In this document: positions 1 through 8,915 of the stretch, piece by piece
Layout: every line of letters begins with the position of its first letter
Numbering within the stretch: the stretch's first letter is position 1
Source: a virus
Taxonomy: Duplodnaviria > Caudoviricetes
Virus record (IMG/VR): IMGVR_UViG_3300020331_000002
DNA: 64,000 nucleotides
Direction: 5' to 3' (one strand)
Notes under the pieces: model-generated
Told to the model about the DNA's origin: nothing
Seen by the model: only the letters and a program-made list of their open reading frames with translations
Databases searched by the model: none
Made by a program: the position numbers and the translations under genes

Positions 1-2
1 CA

Positions 3-1217
3 TCATCTGGCGTAGTGTTCGCTGATGCGCGTCCAAGCGCAACATTTGGCTCAGCTACTGGCGCAAATAACGGTAACTTAGTTGGCGCACCTGACTTAGA
101 CGCTGATGCTCCTGATCCGTTACTTTATGCGCGTGATATGCTGTTATTCAACACCCGTGCAAGTTCACATGTGGTAAAAGCTTGGGTGAATGAGCATGAG
201 CATGACGGCGTTGCTATTGGCGGCAGATGGGTACTAGAGAGCGGCCTGCGCACTGACGGCTCTGCATTCTTTGGCAGACATGCTGTTAAACGTGTGATCA
301 TCGAAAGCATGGCAAGCGCGATTGTTAGTAACGAAGTTATCCGTGCTGAATCAGTTGAGTTCAACTTAATGGCAGCTCCCGGATTCCCTGAACTGTCTGA
401 CGAGTTACTTGCGCTTAATGCTGACCGTAAGTATACCGCGTTTATCCCGCAAGACGCACCGTTCCGATTAGCGCCTAAAGGTACTGAAATCGAAGCGTGG
501 GCGAACAACCGTGCTGGCAGCCCGTCGAACGACGATGCTGGTCTAGTAACGTTCAGCCGTTATATTGGCGTATTCTACCCTGGTTGTGCTTATGCAACTA
601 ACGTAGACGGCGAAGAAGTAGTTGTTCCGATTACCCACAGTGTGTTGCGTACTTACGCGGAAAACGACTCGGTATCATATCCGTGGTTCGCTGCTGCTTT
701 CAGTAGACGTGGTGTTATTACTAACGCAACCAGTGTTGGATATATTGATGGTGAAGGTGAGTACTCTACTGTTGAGTTAAGTGAAGGCCTGCGTGACGTG
801 CTTTATACAAATAAAGTAAACCCGGTTGCGTATATTCCTAACTCTGGCTTAGAGATTTACGGTAACAAGTCACTATACAATCTTGCAAGTTCACTTGACA
901 GAATTAACGTAGTGCGACTTGAAAACTACCTGCGCCAAAATATGCCTGGTCTAGCTCGTCCGTTCTTGGGTGAACAAAACGACAGACTAACGCGTGATCA
1001 AGTTCTTGATGTATTCGAAAGATATATGGAGACACTAATCACATTGCGTGCCATCGAGGACTATGTTGTGATTTGTGACGAGAGTAATAACACTCCCGCT
1101 AGACGTGATCGTAATGAGCTATGGATTGATGTTGCTGTAATCCCGCTTAAGACTGTGGAATTTATCTACATTCCGGTACGATTCCGTAACTCGGGTGATA
1201 GCTTAAACATTAACTAA
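3..1217 (+). CDS. gp18: Tail sheath protein, C-terminal part (5'-truncated by window edge)
   Basis: Frame is open from position 3. Sheath C-terminal motifs: PWFAAAFSRRG, LY-NKVNP, RINVVRL, CDESNNTPARRDRNELWIDVAVIPLKTVEFIYIP. Confidence 0.9.
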   Translation, partial: SSGVVFADARPSATFGSATGANNGNLVGAPDLDADAPDPLLYARDMLLFNTRASSHVVKAWVNEHEHDGVAIGGRWVLESGLRTDGSAFFGRHAVKRVIIESMASAIVSNEVIRAESVEFNLMAAPGFPELSDELLALNADRKYTAFIPQDAPFRLAPKGTEIEAWANNRAGSPSNDDAGLVTFSRYIGVFYPGCAYATNVDGEEVVVPITHSVLRTYAENDSVSYPWFAAAFSRRGVITNATSVGYIDGEGEYSTVELSEGLRDVLYTNKVNPVAYIPNSGLEIYGNKSLYNLASSLDRINVVRLENYLRQNMPGLARPFLGEQNDRLTRDQVLDVFERYMETLITLRAIEDYVVICDESNNTPARRDRNELWIDVAVIPLKTVEFIYIPVRFRNSGDSLNIN

Positions 1218-1232
1218 TTAAAATAGTTAGAT

Positions 1233-1257
1233 AAAAAGGGGCGCTATGCCCCTTTTT
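1233..1257. terminator. Intrinsic, probably bidirectional terminator after sheath gene
   Basis: AAAAAGGGGC-gctat-GCCCCTTTTT perfect stem with A/T tails on both sides. Confidence 0.85.
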
Positions 1258-1314
1258 AGTGCCCTAAAGGCCGTAAATACTTTTGTAATCATTCTGTAAC
1301 ATTGAGGTGTTTTG

Positions 1315-1407
1315 ATGAACATTAGTAATATGGTTGAAGGCGTTAAGGCCGTTGCCGAGTTTGTAACGCCGCTTGTTTTGGTAGCGGCTTGTATTCTACT
1401 TGCTTAA
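1315..1407 (+). CDS. 30-aa hydrophobic peptide MNISNMVEGVKAVAEFVTPLVLVAACILLA (not in ORF track)
   Basis: GAGGTG Shine-Dalgarno at 1304-1309, TAAATA at 1274-1279, and terminators on both sides. Confidence 0.6.
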   Translation: MNISNMVEGVKAVAEFVTPLVLVAACILLA

Positions 1408-1418
1408 TATGATAGAGG

Positions 1419-1442
1419 AAAAGGGGCGCAAGGCCCCTTTTT
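1419..1442. terminator. Intrinsic terminator, near copy of 1233-1257
   Basis: AAAAGGGGC-gcaag-GCCCCTTTTT. Confidence 0.85.
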
Positions 1443-1530
1443 AGTGCGAGAACTAGATTGGTAGCGACACCTGCGCCCTCGACGTACCATACCTTAACGG
1501 TCCTAAGGCTGGATTCTTTTTAAATTATAC

Positions 1531-1559
1531 TTGTATTTAGTGTCTTCAGTTGTTATAGT
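1531..1559 (+). promoter_or_regulatory. Sigma70-like early promoter
   Basis: TTGTAT-17 nt-TATAGT with extended -10 TG, upstream of the ORF at 1593. Confidence 0.6.
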
Positions 1560-1592
1560 TACTTTGAACTTAAAAACGACAAGGTAAATGAT

Positions 1593-1805
1593 ATGTACAC
1601 TCAAGAACAAGAACGAATCAAAGCAAAAACTATTGCGGCAATTAATAGTGCCCGTGAAGTTCTTAAAGCTGCCCGTGAAGGTAAAACTACTCAACGCGAA
1701 GCATTTAACGCTCGGCAAAGTATAACTTCTGCTTTGATTATTTCTGACGCGGCTAACATTAGTCGTGATGAGTACATCGGTTTATACGAGGATTGTTATG
1801 AATAA
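1593..1805 (+). CDS. Hypothetical protein (70 aa)
   Basis: ORF behind early promoter, AAGGT SD, overlaps next gene. Confidence 0.7.
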   Translation: MYTQEQERIKAKTIAAINSAREVLKAAREGKTTQREAFNARQSITSALIISDAANISRDEYIGLYEDCYE

Positions 1806-2157
1806 TGCAGCAAAAATCGGCGTAATTAAAGAAATATTCGGCAGCGAGTTTAGTATCAACGCTTCTGCGGAATTAGAACCATACGGTGTTGATGGTCTGC
1901 CTGAAGACTATGATCCGTTAATCAAACCCACTTGTACATTTGAGCAGAAAACGTCTGCTACGTATCGTAATGAGCGTCGAACCTTTTTCTTAATTGAACA
2001 CGGCGGCTTTGTGGTCGTTGGTCGGTTATGCACTGCCATGCCCGGGAGCGGCTATGACGAATACGCTGTGATTCATAACTGCGAGCCTGCTGACACCGAA
2101 GACGGTGACATGGCAAAACGCCGGTTTTATTCATGGCAACAAACACTAGGACAGTGA
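1798..2157 (+). CDS. Hypothetical protein
   Basis: ORF track 1765..2157; ATG at 1798 overlapping the previous stop region is preferred. Confidence 0.65.
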   Translation: MNNAAKIGVIKEIFGSEFSINASAELEPYGVDGLPEDYDPLIKPTCTFEQKTSATYRNERRTFFLIEHGGFVVVGRLCTAMPGSGYDEYAVIHNCEPADTEDGDMAKRRFYSWQQTLGQ

Positions 2158-2159
2158 GC

Positions 2160-2405
2160 ATGACTACACTCAAAGAGTTTGTTCAAGAAGCAGTAATGCG
2201 CGACGTCTGGGTTTATGAAGAAAAAACTGAATATGACTTTTCGTATGAAAATAAGTACTTTGCTTTAAACCGAGCAGGGCACTTACACGGCATGTATTGC
2301 GGCACAACCAACAAAGCAACGTGGTATACCCGCCCAATGATGCAATTCAGTAAGAGCTATCGTAAATTCCAACGGATTAAATTAAAAGATGTGGAGGCCA
2401 AATGA
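2160..2405 (+). CDS. Hypothetical protein
   Basis: ORF track 2133..2405; ATG at 2160 follows the previous stop; ATGA overlap with ligase. Confidence 0.65.
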   Translation: MTTLKEFVQEAVMRDVWVYEEKTEYDFSYENKYFALNRAGHLHGMYCGTTNKATWYTRPMMQFSKSYRKFQRIKLKDVEAK

Positions 2406-3727
2406 GCCAAATTTTCCCTATACTTGAACAACTTAGTTCGAGTCGTTCTCGCTTGCATAAAGAAGCTGTCCTAGCCGATAACAAAGAAAACGTACTGTTC
2501 CGTCGCGTGTTGCAATACGCACTAAATGGTTTAATGCCATTTTACATGCGTGCTGCACCTGAGTACACCCCTGCTATATCTGAATCTGACGCTACTGTTA
2601 CTCTTGACGATTTCCTGGATGTATTGGATTTATTATCGGCACGAGTAGTCACCGGCCATGCTGCTCGTGACTTAGTTGTTGAGAACTTAAGTAAAATGGC
2701 GCCTGGTGATGCTGATGTCGGCGCTCGTGTATTGGCCAAAGACCTGCGCTGCGGGATTAGTCATAAAACAGTAAACAAAATACTGGGCAAGGACTTTGTA
2801 TCTGAATACCCGGTATTACTAGCTGAGAAAAAGTCAGACAAGTACATTGCTGAAAATATTACGTGGCCTGCATTTTGTCAAAATAAGTTTGATGGTATGC
2901 GCTCAAATGCTGTGCTGGATACAGATGGTGCAGTATTGTGGTTCACACGTAACGGCAAAACACTGTCATTCCATAACGTGCTAGACTGTTCAGTTACACA
3001 ATTCATTACTCATACAGGCCGCTCTTCAGGTATGCTGGATGGTGAGTTAGTAGTGCTTGACGAAAACGGCAACGTGCTACCTAGAAAAACAGGCAACGGC
3101 ATTTTGAACAAAGCAATTAAAGGCACTATAAGTGAAGAAGAAGCCAGTCGTATCAGATTCCATGTTTGGGACTTTGTTGAACTGAGTGACTACACGATGC
3201 GCCGTGGCGAAACGCCATATGTTGCTCGCTTGAATGAACTTGCCAAAATGGCAGAAGCCGACGTACACGGCATTACGGTGGTAGAGACGAACGAAGTGCA
3301 AGACTTAAGTGAAGTTGAAGAACACTTCAAGAAAGCTACGTCGAACGGTGAAGAAGGTGTAATGCTCAAAAACAAATCGCACTTGTGGAGCTCTACCCGC
3401 TCTAAGGAAATCATCAAATTCAAGATGGAACTTGAAGCCGACTTGTTGTGTGTTGGCTGGGAGTTAGGCACTGGTAAAAACGCAGAGCGTCTAGGAGCGT
3501 TAGTGCTTACCGACGGAACCGGTGAACTTAAAGTAAACGTTGGGTCAGGGTTCAACGACACGCACCGCGACAATATAAAGGCAGAAGATGTGGTAGGCCA
3601 GATAATTGCTGTTAAGTATAACGAGAAAATCCAACGTAACGACGGGTCATGGTCGTTATTCTTACCGATTTTTATTGAGATACGAAGTGACAAATCTGAG
3701 CCAAATACTCTTGATGAGCTGGCATAA
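2402..3727 (+). CDS. lig: ATP-dependent DNA ligase (T4 gp30-like)
   Basis: KFDGMR (motif I), LDGELV, FHVWDFV, EEGVMLK, KFK, OB-domain GSGF and FLPIF-EIRSDK. Confidence 0.95.
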   Translation: MSQIFPILEQLSSSRSRLHKEAVLADNKENVLFRRVLQYALNGLMPFYMRAAPEYTPAISESDATVTLDDFLDVLDLLSARVVTGHAARDLVVENLSKMAPGDADVGARVLAKDLRCGISHKTVNKILGKDFVSEYPVLLAEKKSDKYIAENITWPAFCQNKFDGMRSNAVLDTDGAVLWFTRNGKTLSFHNVLDCSVTQFITHTGRSSGMLDGELVVLDENGNVLPRKTGNGILNKAIKGTISEEEASRIRFHVWDFVELSDYTMRRGETPYVARLNELAKMAEADVHGITVVETNEVQDLSEVEEHFKKATSNGEEGVMLKNKSHLWSSTRSKEIIKFKMELEADLLCVGWELGTGKNAERLGALVLTDGTGELKVNVGSGFNDTHRDNIKAEDVVGQIIAVKYNEKIQRNDGSWSLFLPIFIEIRSDKSEPNTLDELA

Positions 3728-3732
3728 AATAG

Positions 3733-3760
3733 TTGCAAAAATAAATTAAGGTACTATAAT
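3733..3760 (+). promoter_or_regulatory. Sigma70-like promoter with an inverted repeat over the -10
   Basis: TTGCAA-16 nt-TATAAT; AAGGTACTA (3748-3756) and TAGTACCTT (3764-3772) are inverted. Confidence 0.55.
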
Positions 3761-3808
3761 AAGTAGTACCTTAAAACACTAACTAAAAATAACAACAAAG
3801 GTGTTACC

Positions 3809-4024
3809 ATGAGAAACAAAACTGCCAAACTAATTCGTAAGAAAGCACGCCAGACAGCACACCAAGCGAGTTGGCCGACCTCTAATCCGGTTGTGCAATT
3901 TACTCGCAAAGTGCAAGTAGGCGGCGGCATTGTTGAACTGCCCGGAACTATCGTTGAAGAGAATTCTGAGCGTGCTTTGTACAAAACTTTTAAGCGCAAA
4001 TATAAAGCGTTTCGACGTGCATGA
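3809..4024 (+). CDS. Small basic hypothetical protein
   Basis: AAAGGTG SD, own promoter, followed by a terminator; K/R-rich. Confidence 0.7.
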   Translation: MRNKTAKLIRKKARQTAHQASWPTSNPVVQFTRKVQVGGGIVELPGTIVEENSERALYKTFKRKYKAFRRA

Positions 4025-4077
4025 TTTATTGACGCGCCTCTCCTTTTAGCGCAATGCCCTCCGTAGGGCACCCCCTT

Positions 4078-4103
4078 AACCCGCCTCCCGGCGGGTTTTT
4101 TTT
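4078..4103 (+). terminator. Intrinsic terminator
   Basis: AACCCGCC-tccc-GGCGGGTT followed by a T run. Confidence 0.9.
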
Positions 4104-4129
4104 GCTCAAATACAAATACTGCTAGACTG

Positions 4130-4136
4130 CTAAATA
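4130..4136 (+). promoter_or_regulatory. T4-late-like promoter CTAAATA
   Basis: Motif lies about 35 nt upstream of the tail tube ATG, after a terminator. Confidence 0.65.
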
Positions 4137-4171
4137 GATATGAAGATCTACTTTTAGGAGTTTTAAAACAT

Positions 4172-4789
4172 ATGGCTGATTATTCAAAATTCGGTGTGCC
4201 GCTAGATGGTAATAAGTTAGGTATGCTTCAGCCGAAGTTCCAGTATAGGTTCCGCGTTGTTTTCAAAAACATCGGGTACTCATCTGACTCAAGGGTTCTT
4301 ACACAGAATATAATTTCTGCCGAGCGTCCTAAGGTTGAATTCGCAACTGTTGAACAGAATGCATACAACTCGAAGGCGTACTTTGCAGGTAGACACACAT
4401 GGCAACCAATCACTATTAGACTATACGATGACATGTCTAACGGTGTTGTATCTCTTATTGGTCAACAAGTACAGAAGCAAATGAACCATAGAGAACAAAC
4501 TTCGGCAACCGCGGGCGCGAACTATAAGTTCACCTGCGAAATCCACACACTAGACGGTACAAATAACGATGAAATCGAGCGTTGGGTATGTGACGGATGT
4601 TGGATCCTGAACTATACTACACCTGACAGTGAGTACACGTCGAACGAGGGTATGAATGAAGTTTCTATCCAACTTCAGTACGACACGGCTACCCAGTTAG
4701 TTGGCCCTAATGACTTAGGTGGCAACGTACGATCTGGCGATCCTATGCCTAATACCCCTAGTCCGGGTGATTCAATTAGCATCGGATAA
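4172..4789 (+). CDS. gp19: Tail tube protein (T4 gp19-like)
   Basis: LQPKFQYRFRV, YFAGRHTWQPITI-LYDD, 'W-C-GCWI' and 'I-LQYD' tube-like pattern; strong SD. Confidence 0.85.
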   Translation: MADYSKFGVPLDGNKLGMLQPKFQYRFRVVFKNIGYSSDSRVLTQNIISAERPKVEFATVEQNAYNSKAYFAGRHTWQPITIRLYDDMSNGVVSLIGQQVQKQMNHREQTSATAGANYKFTCEIHTLDGTNNDEIERWVCDGCWILNYTTPDSEYTSNEGMNEVSIQLQYDTATQLVGPNDLGGNVRSGDPMPNTPSPGDSISIG

Positions 4790-4795
4790 TAATTG

Positions 4796-6136
4796 ATGGC
4801 AAGGCCTGATATTAATAGCCCTGGTATTGTGATCCAAGATTCCTGGCATGCCGCCAGGATCTTCGATCCTACTGATTACAACAATCCAAATGCGGTAACC
4901 TCGCTACCCACTTCTAAAGATTTATTCTTAGTTGAATTTAAGTTTAACAACTTAAGTGAAGTAGGAAGAAAGTACGAAGAAGATATCCAGCAATCGTTCC
5001 TTATGAGCATCGTTCGCTCGGTAACAGGCGGCGGCATAAACACTGATGTGGCCTATGCAAAAGATCACCGCAACAAGAAGATAACGTATCATACCGGACT
5101 GTCGTATAATGATTTAAGCCTGACTATCGCTGATAGCGCAGACGGGCGAGCCCGCCACCTATACAACCTTTACCGTCGTTACTATTTTGGATCTGGGTGG
5201 GATTCATACAAAAACGGCGACAAAGAAGAAAAAGAACAAATAGGTTCTGGCTTCCACTTCCATGGATACAAGGTAGACGATGAAGACAACGTGCCTGAGT
5301 ACTTACTCCAGTATGTGCGTATAGTGTCGTTATATGGTGGCCCGCAGGGTCAAGTAATAGAGTATGTGAATCCACTCATTACAACATTCCAGCATGGTGG
5401 TCACAGCTATGATGAAGACGGCTTCAACTCGTTTGATATTACGCTTAAGCCGCAGTCTGTAGCATTAAAGACATTTAACCGTCATGACTTCTTGGCTGTG
5501 ATGCAGGACAACTTGCCGTTCTATGATGATAATATTAGATCAGGCGGCAAGCACTACCATCCGGATGGTAGTCCTACTCGCTACATAGGTAATAGGTTCG
5601 ACCTCGCGTCTGCTGCCCCGACTACTGAAATATTCCTTAATCAGGGCCAGAACACCACTAATGCCGCAGCCCAAGCCGAAAGAAACACGGCAGCTAACGC
5701 CATGTCATCTGCTCAGAAAGCGACTACGACCCCTGCAGGTAGTACATCAGTATTGTCTGGTGCGGTAGGCACAGGTGCAGTAGGCGGCACCGCCGGTAAT
5801 ACGGCAACCACTGCAAAGAAAGCAGTGCAAGAAAAGCAGAAAGAAAAATCGTTTTTGGATAGCTTGCGAGAAAACGTTCCTGGCTTTGACGGATACGTGC
5901 AAATAGTAACCGACGCTCTCCCTGATTTCACTAACATTAATAGTGTGGCTAACTTCAGAGCTAGTGACTTAAAAAATGTACCTGATCGTTTAGGTAACCG
6001 CGCTAAGTGGCAAGGCACCGGTTTTGTAGAAGAAACTGCAAAAGAAGAATGGAAAGGCGCAGCCGAAAGCGTAAAAGACTGGTATAACTCGGAAGACGAG
6101 CCAGAGCAAGAAGATCCGGGCAACACTAATGGCTGA
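4796..6136 (+). CDS. Tail tube-related baseplate/tube initiator-like structural protein with A/T/G-rich C-terminal linker
   Basis: Directly follows tube gene; tube-like segments (YNDLSLTIADS, YVNPLITTFQHGGHSY). Confidence 0.5.
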   Translation: MARPDINSPGIVIQDSWHAARIFDPTDYNNPNAVTSLPTSKDLFLVEFKFNNLSEVGRKYEEDIQQSFLMSIVRSVTGGGINTDVAYAKDHRNKKITYHTGLSYNDLSLTIADSADGRARHLYNLYRRYYFGSGWDSYKNGDKEEKEQIGSGFHFHGYKVDDEDNVPEYLLQYVRIVSLYGGPQGQVIEYVNPLITTFQHGGHSYDEDGFNSFDITLKPQSVALKTFNRHDFLAVMQDNLPFYDDNIRSGGKHYHPDGSPTRYIGNRFDLASAAPTTEIFLNQGQNTTNAAAQAERNTAANAMSSAQKATTTPAGSTSVLSGAVGTGAVGGTAGNTATTAKKAVQEKQKEKSFLDSLRENVPGFDGYVQIVTDALPDFTNINSVANFRASDLKNVPDRLGNRAKWQGTGFVEETAKEEWKGAAESVKDWYNSEDEPEQEDPGNTNG

Positions 6137-6488
6137 TTTTAATTTTACAAGTGATACGAATAATGCTGCTGAAAAGCGTTTATCGGGCATGCAATATCAA
6201 CGTGAGTCAGTTGATTACCGACGTATATTCCCGTTAGTGAGTATATTCAGAAACGCTGGTGCGAGTAATACGGTTGCTGAGTTCGCTGCCCTGCAAATGT
6301 TTAACTTGTCTGAAACAACCGGTAAAAGCCCGTTCACACTTGCGCAAGAAACGATAGCCACAGGCAGCCTGTCTCTTGCAGATGATATCATTGATACACT
6401 TAATAGGCTAGGGTACCCTGATATGCAATACGGCTCATACAGAGACTCTAGCGACCAAGTAATAGACCGTAACATTAAGAGATTTTGA
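6129..6488 (+). CDS. Hypothetical protein
   Basis: Overlaps both neighbours in the structural operon. Confidence 0.7.
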   Translation: MADFNFTSDTNNAAEKRLSGMQYQRESVDYRRIFPLVSIFRNAGASNTVAEFAALQMFNLSETTGKSPFTLAQETIATGSLSLADDIIDTLNRLGYPDMQYGSYRDSSDQVIDRNIKRF

Positions 6489-6946
6489 TGAGAAACCGAT
6501 TTAGCCAAGGTATATACGAAGTACAAAATACCGAAAAGTATGTCGGTAACAAGCGCCCTACTTATAGATCTTCATGGGAAAGGGGATTCATGCACACTTT
6601 GGATCATCATCCGTCTGTGCTTGAATGGGCATCCGAGCCTATAAAAATACCTTATGTCAACCCCCAAACTGGTCGTCCGGCTAACTATATCCCTGATTTC
6701 CTAATAAAATATACGAAAGCCGACGGGTCAGTTGTAGTGGATTTGATTGAAATAAAGCCTGCTAGCCAGACACATGAAAGTCGTGCGAAAAGTAAAAACG
6801 ATAAAACACAGCAAGTTATTAATGCGGCAAAATGGGAGGCAGCAAGTAACTTCAGTAAAATGCGCGGCATAACTTTTCGGATATTAACTGAGGATCAGTT
6901 GTTCGGGAAGAAGAGCGGAACGAGAAGAAAAAAACAGGGCCTGTAA
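6488..6946 (+). CDS. gp4: Head completion nuclease (T4 gp4-like, TnsA-like PD-(D/E)XK)
   Basis: YRSSWE, WASEPIKIPY, YIPDF, LIEIKP and NAAKWEAA motifs. Confidence 0.85.
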   Translation: MRNRFSQGIYEVQNTEKYVGNKRPTYRSSWERGFMHTLDHHPSVLEWASEPIKIPYVNPQTGRPANYIPDFLIKYTKADGSVVVDLIEIKPASQTHESRAKSKNDKTQQVINAAKWEAASNFSKMRGITFRILTEDQLFGKKSGTRRKKQGL

Positions 6947-6959
6947 TAAGCCCTGTTTT
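6931..6959. terminator. Bidirectional terminator between convergent genes
   Basis: AAAACAGGGC-9 nt-GCCCTGTTTT. Confidence 0.8.
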
Positions 6960-6972
6960 CATATGTACGTGA

Positions 6973-7578
6973 TTACGCGTTAGCTGTGTAAACTGAATCA
7001 AACGCTCGTGATTTGCCGGTACCTGTTGAGTTAAGGCGCTGGGCAGTTTGGCCGTTAACTTGTGCGGTAAGCTTGCGAGTTTCAACATTATAAATCATCT
7101 CGTCACCGTCGAAGTTACCCGGAACAGGAACAAAAGTGTTCGGTGAAATTTTCTCAGACTTAATACGGCGCAACTTGATGCCAGTCGGACCCTTTAGTCC
7201 GGTAACTTCGTAAAATGTCGCTGGACCTTCTTCAGCTGTATAGAACACTTCACCTTTAGAAATGCCTAGCGGCTTCATGCGCTTAGCACGAGTTTCAAGC
7301 TTTTTAGCTTCTTTGCGTGCAACACGCTCGGCTAGTGGCTTGACCCAATCATTGATACGTGCGTCACGAACTTCTGCGCTGTCGTATGCAAAAAATGCGT
7401 CAGGCGTTGCACGCTTACCTTGGAACATAGCTGCTTGGTATTTTTTGTTTTCTGGGTCGTCAGAAATATAAACCACAGCGTGGATTGATTCAAGCCCGGC
7501 AATACGAACAGGCGTTTTACCTTCAATATAAGCTGCGCGATCTTTGATCATTTCGTTAATAACGTCACGTTTTGACAT
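6973..7578 (-). CDS. Hypothetical protein on the minus strand
   Basis: ORF track 6973..7593; ATG at 7578 has a GAGG SD. Confidence 0.75.
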   Translation of the reverse strand: MSKRDVINEMIKDRAAYIEGKTPVRIAGLESIHAVVYISDDPENKKYQAAMFQGKRATPDAFFAYDSAEVRDARINDWVKPLAERVARKEAKKLETRAKRMKPLGISKGEVFYTAEEGPATFYEVTGLKGPTGIKLRRIKSEKISPNTFVPVPGNFDGDEMIYNVETRKLTAQVNGQTAQRLNSTGTGKSRAFDSVYTANA

Positions 7579-7753
7579 ACTATAGTTCCTCATGGGATTT
7601 GATAAGTTTACAATAAATTATTTTGGCATACGAATCCTAATTCTGTGCCAGTTGCATCCTTCGATGCTCTACAACCACACTCATTACGGTAGTTGGATAA
7701 GTCATTTCAAGCGTAGTATTGCACCGGCCGTTCATGTTGTCAACATATTTTAA

Positions 7754-7760
7754 CTAAATA
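7754..7760 (+). promoter_or_regulatory. T4-late-like promoter CTAAATA
   Basis: Upstream of the packaging operon. Confidence 0.6.
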
Positions 7761-7784
7761 AAAGAAATAAATCTGGTGGTAGTA

Positions 7785-8276
7785 ATGCTAAACAAAAAAG
7801 TAGAAGAATCCTTAGACATGATGCCCGCAAGCGATTTACAAGATATTATAGACGATAAAGAAGTTATATCTAATTCAAAAGAAACCAAGCAAGAGTTGGT
7901 TGATCGTTTAAGTGCAATGGAGAAACTCGACGTTAGCTTGCCTAATATAAGCGGGCTAGAAGAACACGAGGAAGAGATGAATCAGATCTCGGCTAAGGCC
8001 ATGCAGTCTTTTAAAGACTTGATGGACCTAGGCTTGCAAGTAAACGACAACGCTGCTGGGCGCATGTTTGAAGTCGCGGCAACTATGCTAAAGATTGCAC
8101 ACGATAGCTCTTCGGCTAAGGCAGACAGAAAGCTTAAAATCTTAGACATGCTGATGAAAAAAGCCAAGCTAGATAATGATGTAGACCCTAGTAAGGGCCA
8201 GGGCGGCGACGGTATTACGTTAGACCGTGAAGAAATATTAAAGCAAATCAGGGATGCTGCGAAGAATGAGTCTTAA
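7785..8276 (+). CDS. Probable terminase small subunit
   Basis: Helical protein with RMFEVAATMLK..KLKILDM and C-terminal 'TLDREEILKQI' reminiscent of gp16; upstream of TerL. Confidence 0.5.
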   Translation: MLNKKVEESLDMMPASDLQDIIDDKEVISNSKETKQELVDRLSAMEKLDVSLPNISGLEEHEEEMNQISAKAMQSFKDLMDLGLQVNDNAAGRMFEVAATMLKIAHDSSSAKADRKLKILDMLMKKAKLDNDVDPSKGQGGDGITLDREEILKQIRDAAKNES

Positions 8277-8913
8277 TTTTACACGAAAATTTTCAGATTA
8301 CTTGGGTGAATCTAACAAAACATATGAAGTGCAGATAAAGCTTGCGAACGTGCACATGGAAGACGATATCGAAGAGGTTATCGAATCAATAATCTCTAAG
8401 TTAGATATCGTTGAATCAACTGGGTATAGCGAGACGCCGGTAATCACAAGTCACCCGTCATTCCCTAATCTTGGCCCAACGTTTGTTACGCACTGTAAAT
8501 ATGTGGTGAAGTACCCATCAACTAATGATGAAATTCGTCGTCATCTTAACCATGCACTGCGAATGGACGAGACTAACTTGCACTTAGTAGTAGACGTGCA
8601 CGCACGCGCTACACCGGCAGTTATTCACGAAGAAGACGATAGCGAGTATGTACCCAAAGTGTCGCATGAGATCCAAGACGAAGAAATACCAGAGACTGAT
8701 CCTGAAGTTGTAGAAGTTGCTGAGTACGAACATCCTGAGCATTTCAAACTAAACAAGTATGACATGAACAAGGAAACGTCTGGATTTGAGCGTGATATCG
8801 CAACATACGACGAAGAGCGCGATAGCGTAGAAAGTTCTTATACTGCTCGCCCTAATGCGCCTGAAGGCATAAGCCTGTTTTCAAGTGTAGATAATCCTGA
8901 TCCAGGAGCGTAA
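8266..8913 (+). CDS. Hypothetical (possibly virion) protein, acidic C-terminus
   Basis: Late operon; N-terminal KFSDYLGE resembles T4-like internal-protein leaders. Confidence 0.65.
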   Translation: MSLNFTRKFSDYLGESNKTYEVQIKLANVHMEDDIEEVIESIISKLDIVESTGYSETPVITSHPSFPNLGPTFVTHCKYVVKYPSTNDEIRRHLNHALRMDETNLHLVVDVHARATPAVIHEEDDSEYVPKVSHEIQDEEIPETDPEVVEVAEYEHPEHFKLNKYDMNKETSGFERDIATYDEERDSVESSYTARPNAPEGISLFSSVDNPDPGA

Positions 8914-8915
8914 CC

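Noticed and set aside
6488-6946. TnsA-like nuclease as a Tn7 transposon gene
   Set aside because: No other tns genes or terminal repeats; motifs and context match T4 gp4 head completion protein.
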